Source of the DNA: a virus
Lineage: Duplodnaviria > Heunggongvirae > Uroviricota > Caudoviricetes
DNA: 19,161 nt
IMG/VR virus record: IMGVR_UViG_2703718836_000007
Direction: 5' to 3' (one strand)
Shown: positions 1-6,415 of the stretch, one piece after another
Position numbering within the stretch: position 1 is the first letter of the stretch
Layout: each line of letters starts with the position of its first letter
Program-made: the position numbers and the translations under genes
The notes under the pieces: model-generated
Seen by the model: the letters and a program-made list of their open reading frames with translations, nothing else
Database searches by the model: none
Told to the model about the DNA's origin: nothing

Positions 1-405
1 ATGGATCAGGTCGTTGTTTTTCAAAAGATGTTTGAGCAAGTGAGAAAAGAGCAAAACTTCTCCTGGTTTTATTCAGAATTAAAACATCACCGTATTGCAC
101 ATTACATTTATTATCTGGCTACGGATAACATCAGAATTATTACTCACGATGATACGGTTTTGTTATTAAGAGGAACCAGGAACCTGTTAAAAGTTAGTAC
201 GACCAAGAACCCTGCTAAAATAAAAGAGGCCGCATTGCTCCATATTTGCGGAAAATCTACATTTCGGGAATACTGTTCAACACTGGCAGGCGCGGGCGTT
301 TTCCGGTGGGTTACTGATGTTAATCATAACAAACGCAGTTACTACGCCATTGATAATACGCTTTTATATATTGAAGATGTAGAAAATAATAAACCATTAA
401 TCTAG
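1..405 (+). CDS. ycgX: YcgX-like small protein (DUF1398-type), host/island flank
   Basis: 134-aa ORF starting at window base 1, directly upstream of iraM in the order I recall for E. coli (ycgX beside iraM). Identification is by remembered length and context, not a search. Confidence 0.5.
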   Translation: MDQVVVFQKMFEQVRKEQNFSWFYSELKHHRIAHYIYYLATDNIRIITHDDTVLLLRGTRNLLKVSTTKNPAKIKEAALLHICGKSTFREYCSTLAGAGVFRWVTDVNHNKRSYYAIDNTLLYIEDVENNKPLI

Positions 406-616
406 CTAAAGTTGGATACTTAAGAAATGCTTCATAATTCAGTAAGGCATTAGCATAATGGAAATAAAAGTGCAGAGACTATCTCTATGGATGATTAATA
501 CTGTCTTTTTATTGTCACCCATAAATAATCACCAGACTAATACTATCAACTTGATATTTGAAATGTGATCACTTGACTTTTGATACGTTATTTTATAACG
601 GTTAACATATTTATAA

Positions 617-661
617 AAACAACGGCCGTGCCACACGTCCGTTTCAATACTTAACGCACAT
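617..661. repeat. Second copy of the icd-terminator-like hairpin plus about 20 bp of 3' flank
   Basis: aacaacggccgtgccacacgtccgtttcaatacttaacgcacatg closely matches 1485-1527 (aacaacgggcgtgttatacgcccgtttcaatatttaacacatg). GC hairpin followed by a T-rich run on the minus strand. Confidence 0.5.
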
Positions 662-1019
662 GTATTTTGGTTTAGTCATCATCCGGTTATATGTATTTTA
701 GCCAGGAACAGGTTAAATCATTCCTATATAACTCAAAAATTGAAACCTTATTCTCATGTCATGCTTATATTCATTATTATCGTTATATAAAAAGGCAACC
801 ATAATGTTTAGCAAATTGGCACAAAGTAGCATAAAGGCTATGTTTTAATTACAGGATGTTCAGTCATTTGAATGTATAACATTATAGCTAAACAAATCTA
901 AAACGAAGTCAATAATTTATTGCTTTCACAAAATCTCATTTTGTTTAACATCCATTGAGATTCCTTGCTTTAAATTTTATTTTATATAAGCCATCATTTT
1001 AATTAATTTATTTTTTTGA

Positions 1020-1028
1020 GGGGGGGGG
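1020..1028. repeat. G9 homopolymer tract about 80 bp upstream of the iraM start
   Basis: Uninterrupted run of 9 G inside otherwise very AT-rich intergenic DNA (tttttttgagggggggggtaatatact), next to -10-like tatact. Confidence 0.7.
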
Positions 1029-1105
1029 TAATATACTCATATGCAAAATCAAGAAATAAACATCCTAATGAACCATATTAAATACCGTGGGATAAGACAT
1101 AACAA

Positions 1106-1429
1106 ATGAAGTGGATAGTAATTGACACGGTAATTCAACCTACATGTGGTATATCTTTTTCAGCCATATGGGGTAATATGAAAATGATCATCTGGTATCA
1201 ATCTACTATATTTCTCCCTCCTGGCAGTATATTTACACCGGTTAAGTCTGGTATTATCCTTAAGGATAAAGAATATCCTATTACTATTTATCACATCGCA
1301 CCATTCAACAAGGATTTATGGAGTTTACTCAAAAGCAGTCAAGAGTGTCCTCCAGGAGAAAGCAAAATAACAAATAAATGTTTACATAATAGTTGCATTA
1401 TAAAAATATGCCCATATGGGCTCAAGTAA
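1106..1429 (+). CDS. iraM: Anti-adaptor protein IraM (RssB inhibitor, stabilises RpoS)
   Basis: 107-aa [15 protein letters not shown]...[11 protein letters not shown] matches my memory of IraM/YcgW in sequence and length. AT-rich, and adjacent to the icdC remnant in the expected orientation. Confidence 0.75.
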   Translation: MKWIVIDTVIQPTCGISFSAIWGNMKMIIWYQSTIFLPPGSIFTPVKSGIILKDKEYPITIYHIAPFNKDLWSLLKSSQECPPGESKITNKCLHNSCIIKICPYGLK

Positions 1430-1484
1430 TGGGCTTCATATAAATATGCTCGATATGCTATTAATAATATCCACATAAATAAAA

Positions 1485-1512
1485 CAACGGGCGTGTTATA
1501 CGCCCGTTTCAA
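1485..1512 (-). terminator. Rho-independent terminator of the displaced icd 3' end, possibly bidirectional and also serving iraM
   Basis: Hairpin aacgggcgtgttatacgcccgtt lies immediately downstream (minus strand) of the icdC stop and is followed by a T-run on the minus strand. Confidence 0.55.
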
Positions 1513-1531
1513 TATTTAACACATGGAGAGA

Positions 1532-1692
1532 TTACATGTTTTCGATGATCGCTTCACCAAACTCTGAACATTTCAGCAGCTTAGCGCCTTCCATCAGACG
1601 TTCGAAGTCATAAGTTACGGTCTTGGCATTGATTGCGCCTTCCATACCTTTAACAATCAGGTCAGCCGCTTCAGTCCAACCCATATGGCGCA
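1532..1692 (-). pseudogene. icdC: icdC: displaced 3' fragment of isocitrate dehydrogenase left at the prophage attR junction
   Basis: Minus-strand translation reads [54 protein letters not shown], the Icd C-terminus. There is no upstream icd coding sequence, and similarity stops abruptly near 1692. Confidence 0.85.
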
Positions 1693-1885
1693 GCAGTATA
1701 TAAAAACCATGAATTCAAGTCATTGATATTTAACGATAAAAATTATTTTATTGTCTTTTTATTAGCCAAAATAAACTTTATTCAACCGTTTGATTTCATT
1801 GACGTTCGTTTTTATTTTGGGGAAAGGTTTTCTCTACCATTTATATCCAAATTACAAGTCTACATTTTATTAACATCTCAATACA

Positions 1886-1916
1886 TGTGAGGCCTTGCAG
1901 ACCTTTGTGAGACCTT
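1886..1916. promoter_or_regulatory. Two 11-bp direct repeats (tgtgaggcctt / tgtgagacctt) 20 bp apart, with a partial third copy between; candidate recombinase or Xis arm-type binding sites
   Basis: 10 of 11 bp identical, spaced two helical turns apart, in a 700-bp noncoding stretch about 200 bp inside the attR junction. Confidence 0.25.
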
Positions 1917-2396
1917 ATGTGTCTCTGTTTTGTCCCAACTTATGTTAAGAGGCACATAATTAAAAATAAGATAACGATGCCGCCAAGCAGTGCAAAACCT
2001 TGTTTACTCCACGACTGTCTGCCCCATTATCTGCATACATAATTATCCTCCATAACTGAGATAAATGTCGGTTATGAGCGAACAACAGACGTTTAGTTTA
2101 TGATGGCTGTGTCTATACATTAAACATAACATCCATTACCGGCACCGCTTATTAATTGCTATCTGATATTGTCACTAAAAAAATAGGCATTCCCCGATAT
2201 AATAATCACAAAGAAGCTTTTGGTGCTGGCAATCGGTATACCTCATAGTGGACTGCGACTTTCCGGGCACGACAAGGATATATCAATGTATGAGCAGGAA
2301 AATTAGACCGTGGTGCGTCATATGATGACTAAGCACGGATAACAGCTACTTAATTGAAACTATTGATTATATTACAGCCAGTGCCTTATAGGATGG

Positions 2397-3518
2397 TTAG
2401 TCATCAACCGCGACTCCTGCACAATCATGGGCTATTGCCAGCAATTGTTTTTTAATTGCTTTAGCATCTACCGTCATATCTACTGTAGCAAAATGGATCT
2501 TATGTCCCTGAGTGACAACATACTCATTAAGCATATAGCCAACAGCTGGATGAAGTAGAAGACCAGCGGCATTGAGCGAAAGCGGATCCGTCTTGTTCTC
2601 CTGTGTTCTAAGGTAGGTATATAGCTGATAAATATAGCCATTACGTAGTGATTGCTCCCGATGCCAACCCTTTGTCAGAATCGAATTAAATTTGGTATCG
2701 ATAATAATACGCCGCTGGGCAGTCTTGTGTTCCAGAATAATGTCTGACTTCATTGTCGGGAAAATCTCTGCACTACCTGCACTTTGATCGCTCAACGCCC
2801 ATTTCAGCTCTTTCCCTGCAGAGACCTGCCAAGTTGTTTTGGCAAGGTGTACACGATATAAGCCAGCGATACCTTTTTCAAATAGTCTTCTCATCCAGTA
2901 AAGGTTATTTGAGGGCGCAGGTAAAAGATATTGGCCTTGATCTTCGGTCGGCATCAGCAGTTCAAAAGCTAATCGTGCGGCATCGACCATCGGTTTATCT
3001 GCGGCATCATGGCGTCCAAAACGCCACACTGAGGGTAATTCGCGGGGGGCAGGATATCCTCCATTTATCCCCTCACGGCGAAGTGATATTGCCATAAAAT
3101 GGCAATCTGCCGCCAAAGACGGTTTCACTATGATTGAGGCCAGACGTTCTAACGCACAGCGAACATAGCGATTTCGGGGGGTGTTGAGGGTTATGTCTTG
3201 AAAATGGCAGGCAACCTGTCCCCGTTCCAGCAGTTGATGACTGGCAGTATACAGTATGTCAATGCGCCCTCTCACCCGGTTCAGGGCCGCATGACAAGTT
3301 TGGTATCCCATATTTAAATTGCGACGTCGGCGCAGCGTAATCTCATGAAGGAGGATTGTCGCCACCAGGTCGGGGATTTCTGCTGGGTTATCTTCTACTG
3401 CGATCTGATTGCGCCCTAACTGGCGAAACAGATCTGAAGCGTACAGCATCAGCATCCAGATATTTCGCATGGGAATACGTGATGCTGTATGTTGCTCACT
3501 CCCGGTTATTGTCGTCAT
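2397..3518 (-). CDS. McrC-family nuclease subunit of a McrBC-type modification-dependent restriction system
   Basis: 373 aa. N-terminus IPMRNIWMLMLYA resembles E. coli McrC IPVRNIYYMLTYA. C-terminal PD-(D/E)xK-like core SDIIL...RRIIIDTKF...YIYQLYTYL...GLLLHPAVG. Its start overlaps the stop of the upstream McrB-like gene (translational coupling). Confidence 0.8.
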   Translation of the reverse strand: MTTITGSEQHTASRIPMRNIWMLMLYASDLFRQLGRNQIAVEDNPAEIPDLVATILLHEITLRRRRNLNMGYQTCHAALNRVRGRIDILYTASHQLLERGQVACHFQDITLNTPRNRYVRCALERLASIIVKPSLAADCHFMAISLRREGINGGYPAPRELPSVWRFGRHDAADKPMVDAARLAFELLMPTEDQGQYLLPAPSNNLYWMRRLFEKGIAGLYRVHLAKTTWQVSAGKELKWALSDQSAGSAEIFPTMKSDIILEHKTAQRRIIIDTKFNSILTKGWHREQSLRNGYIYQLYTYLRTQENKTDPLSLNAAGLLLHPAVGYMLNEYVVTQGHKIHFATVDMTVDAKAIKKQLLAIAHDCAGVAVDD

Positions 3519-5497
3519 TTTGCTAATAACACTTTTCTGGCTTCATCGACTTTATTTGGAGCATCGAACCAATATTCGGCGAGCAAAGGGCAGATCTCTG
3601 TATCAACGACTTGTTCATACCAAGCCTGGGCATCGTTGATTTTTTGGCCGATAGCTGGGGTGACATAGCTGTGACCGATACAAAACTGTGGTCCTAAGGT
3701 AACATCTTTTGCCAGCATATCGTTTAATACCGTCAGTCGAGATTTGATGAATGCTAACATGTCAAAATCAATTGCGTAATTATAATTTACCCAGTTTCTC
3801 CACGCGTCATTAAAAGCTGGCTTTAGATCGATAAACGCGAAACGACGGCGCAGCGCTAGGTCAAGTAGTGCGAGTGAGCGGTCTGCAATATTCATCGTAC
3901 CGATGATATATAGATTCTCAGGAATGTATATTTTTTCATCAGCATTTTTAGGATAGGAAAGAGATAATGCCTCAGTCGGCGTGCGTTTATCTGCTTCCAT
4001 CAACGTGAGTGTTTCACCGAAGATTTGCGCCGGATTGCCACGATTAATCTCTTCAATTATCACCACATATTTCGAGGTAGGATTATTGACTGCAGTTTTG
4101 ATTGCATTTACAAAAGGTCCATCAATTAGCGTCAATTGCCCTTCTTTACCTGGACGCCAGCCTCGAATAAAGTCTTCGTAAGAGAGGTTCGGGTGAAATT
4201 GCACCGCGCTAATACGCTCAGGTGCTTTTTCTCCCATCAAGCAGTACGCCAGACGTCGCGCTAACCAAGTTTTTCCAGTTCCGGGTGGTCCTTGTAATAT
4301 CAGGTTTTTCTTGTCGATCAGGCGCTGAAGTGTGAGTTGGATCTTAGCCTCTTCCAAGAAACAGCCATCCTGCACCAGATGACTGATGTCATAAGGAACG
4401 TGGGTGAGTTTTGGCAACAGCGCACTCTCTTCGACAGTTTCCTCAGTTATCGTCTGGGATTCGTTTTTCTCAAAATTCAGGTATTCATAATTTCCGGACT
4501 CGAGGGACTTTAACTCATCATCATTGCATAGTTTCTGTAGATAAAAGTAGATTGAGCTTGTAACAGTTTTGCTCTCAGGATGCTCTACCTTGAATACGTC
4601 CAAGTAGTTTTCTTCCAACTCCGAAGCAGTGAAATAAGGGCCATTTTTTTTCAGGCATAACGCCTTAATTTTATTCAGTAAAGAGGCTTTCCACGTTCTA
4701 TTTGCCACCTCATCTTTAGACTGGCTAAGATCTGTATTCCACGCTGATAAGGAAAGTTCTGGGAAAGAATGAACCGGATAGTTTGGTTGGGTAAAGACCT
4801 CGTTCAGCGCCCGCATAAGACTCAGGTAACTTTGTCCACTACAGCGACCTTTTGCCCCGTTTTTAATGATCTTAATGTTTAACACTGTCTGAATGTAATA
4901 CTGCGACTGGCTATCTAAAGTGGGGTAGAACCAAGGACGGGTCCAGTACAACCCCATGGTGAGATTCCAACCGACATTCATTACTGTAGAAGCGATGTCA
5001 TATGCGGCAGTGAAGTCTGCAGAGTTAGTATTCTGGTTATCCGCAAAGATCATTGCCTGTGAGAACATTTCCCACAAGCATTCAATGTCATTAGGGTCGC
5101 GTGACTTTTCATAACCAAAGAACCAAGATTTTTGGTTATTCAACAGAGGGATTCCGGCAAAGGAGTCAGGAATCGGTTCGTTCACGCCCAACAAATTCGC
5201 TAGCTTGGCAGCAATAATTTTGCGATTGCTGTCGGTCAAGTTACGATTGAACAAGCCCATAGTAGTAAACGGACAAATGTCTTTTAAGGGAAAGATCTCT
5301 CCCATAATAGATTTGTCCTGCAGATGGGACATTCCTTCCACACCCGAGGCAATTAGATGAATACCTTTGACTAATTCATCTCTACGATTTCGCCAAGTCA
5401 GTAACGCGTTGGCAAAAGCCTCATAAAAACTAGCCCAAGCAAACTTGCCATCATGTTCTGCTGTATCCACGGGAACTCCATTATACTTGTTGAGCAA
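3515..5497 (-). CDS. McrB-family AAA+ GTPase with a long (~390 aa) non-canonical N-terminal domain
   Basis: 660 aa. The C-terminal ~270 aa align with E. coli McrB: LILQGPPGTGKTWLARRLAYCLMGEKAP, VVIIEEINRGNPAQIFGETLTLME, YIPENLYIIGTMNIADRSLALLDLALRRRF, CIGHSY, PLLAEYWFD. The N-terminal 390 aa (W/Y-rich) do not resemble the ~160-aa McrB DNA-binding domain. Confidence 0.85.
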   Translation of the reverse strand: MLNKYNGVPVDTAEHDGKFAWASFYEAFANALLTWRNRRDELVKGIHLIASGVEGMSHLQDKSIMGEIFPLKDICPFTTMGLFNRNLTDSNRKIIAAKLANLLGVNEPIPDSFAGIPLLNNQKSWFFGYEKSRDPNDIECLWEMFSQAMIFADNQNTNSADFTAAYDIASTVMNVGWNLTMGLYWTRPWFYPTLDSQSQYYIQTVLNIKIIKNGAKGRCSGQSYLSLMRALNEVFTQPNYPVHSFPELSLSAWNTDLSQSKDEVANRTWKASLLNKIKALCLKKNGPYFTASELEENYLDVFKVEHPESKTVTSSIYFYLQKLCNDDELKSLESGNYEYLNFEKNESQTITEETVEESALLPKLTHVPYDISHLVQDGCFLEEAKIQLTLQRLIDKKNLILQGPPGTGKTWLARRLAYCLMGEKAPERISAVQFHPNLSYEDFIRGWRPGKEGQLTLIDGPFVNAIKTAVNNPTSKYVVIIEEINRGNPAQIFGETLTLMEADKRTPTEALSLSYPKNADEKIYIPENLYIIGTMNIADRSLALLDLALRRRFAFIDLKPAFNDAWRNWVNYNYAIDFDMLAFIKSRLTVLNDMLAKDVTLGPQFCIGHSYVTPAIGQKINDAQAWYEQVVDTEICPLLAEYWFDAPNKVDEARKVLLAK

Positions 5498-5601
5498 TGA
5501 TAATTTATCTGTGTGAGTTTTAACATATTACTATCAGTTATAGAAAAATTTAACTATCCGATACAGAGAGCGGAATGCTGAATTTGACCTGACTTGCTTC
5601 C

Positions 5602-5636
5602 AACCAATTAAAATCAACTTATTTATCAATTGGTTA
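5602..5636. promoter_or_regulatory. Perfect 8-bp inverted repeat (aaccaatt ... aattggtt) with 19-bp spacer between tfa and the McrB-like gene; candidate operator or weak terminator
   Basis: Palindrome seen directly in the sequence. No U-run follows on the minus strand, so it is not a classical terminator. Confidence 0.25.
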
Positions 5637-5694
5637 TTTTGGCACATGGCGGTCATCAAGGCAATATCGCGTTGTCATAAGGTGTCGAGGCTCG

Positions 5695-5717
5695 GAGGTT
5701 CAAATCCTCTCATACAA
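5695..5717 (+). other. tRNA 3'-end-like fragment (T-arm ggaggttcaaatcctct), resembling the tRNA-Pro T-arm; not a functional tRNA
   Basis: Contains the GGTTCAAATCC T-loop signature flanked by a 5-bp stem. D-arm, anticodon arm and CCA acceptor end are absent. Confidence 0.35.
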
Positions 5718-5830
5718 AAAATAAATAAAATTAATGACGGTTGGAAATTATTCAATACACTCTCGAAAGTACATCAGCCAACCGCAGCACGTTATTGCAT
5801 ATAACGTTTCTGCGGCATATCACAAAACTA

Positions 5831-6415
5831 TTATTCCATAACAGGGATTGCAGGCCACTCAATATCAGGTGCAGTTGATGTATCAACACGATTCAGCAAC
5901 ACCCGATACTTCTTCCAGGCTTCAAGCAACGAGGTTTCTTCCTCCGTTGCGATTTCCAGATCTGCAGCATCCTGAAGCGGGGCAATATGCTCACTGGCTA
6001 CCTGCATCAGGCTGTTTTTTGTTTCTTCCGCCTCCCGGATCCGGAACAGTTTTTCTGCTTCCGTATCCTTCACCCAGGCTGTGCCGTTCCACTTCTGAAA
6101 CTCCCCTTCCGGGGATAACCAGGTGATATTTTCCGGTAGAGGTCCGAGTTCAGAAATAAATAACGAGTCGCCGGAAGCCACGTCATAGACGGTTTTTCCC
6201 CGATGATCTTCAACGAGATGCCACGATGCCTCATCACTGTTGAAAACAGCCACGAAGCCTACCGGAATATCTGGCGGTGCAATATAGGTACTGTTTGCTG
6301 GCAGACCTGTATGAGGCGGAATATATGCGTCACCTTCACCAATAAATTCATTAGTTCCGGCCAGCAGATTATAAATTTTTATGGTCCGTGGTTGTTCACT
6401 CATTCTGAATGCCAT
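5831..6415 (-). CDS. tfa: Tail fiber assembly protein Tfa (lambda Tfa-like)
   Basis: 194 aa, [31 protein letters not shown]...[11 protein letters not shown], near-identical to lambda Tfa as I recall it. Start overlaps the stf stop. Confidence 0.9.
   Translation of the reverse strand: MAFRMSEQPRTIKIYNLLAGTNEFIGEGDAYIPPHTGLPANSTYIAPPDIPVGFVAVFNSDEASWHLVEDHRGKTVYDVASGDSLFISELGPLPENITWLSPEGEFQKWNGTAWVKDTEAEKLFRIREAEETKNSLMQVASEHIAPLQDAADLEIATEEETSLLEAWKKYRVLLNRVDTSTAPDIEWPAIPVME

Noticed and set aside
940-960. PhoP-box-like hexamer (tgttta) upstream of iraM
   Set aside because: Only one half-site matches; the second hexamer at the expected 5-bp spacing (cattga) is poor. Not supportable as a feature from sequence alone.
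2753-3639. Plus-strand ORFs 2753..3097 and 3409..3639 inside the McrC/McrB-like genes
   Set aside because: Entirely antisense to strongly supported coding regions, with no motifs and no translation signals.
5680-5720. Possible tRNA gene suggested by the GGTTCAAATCC T-loop motif
   Set aside because: Only a T-arm-like segment is present. There is no D-arm, anticodon arm or acceptor stem with CCA, so it is a fragment or scar, reported as such.
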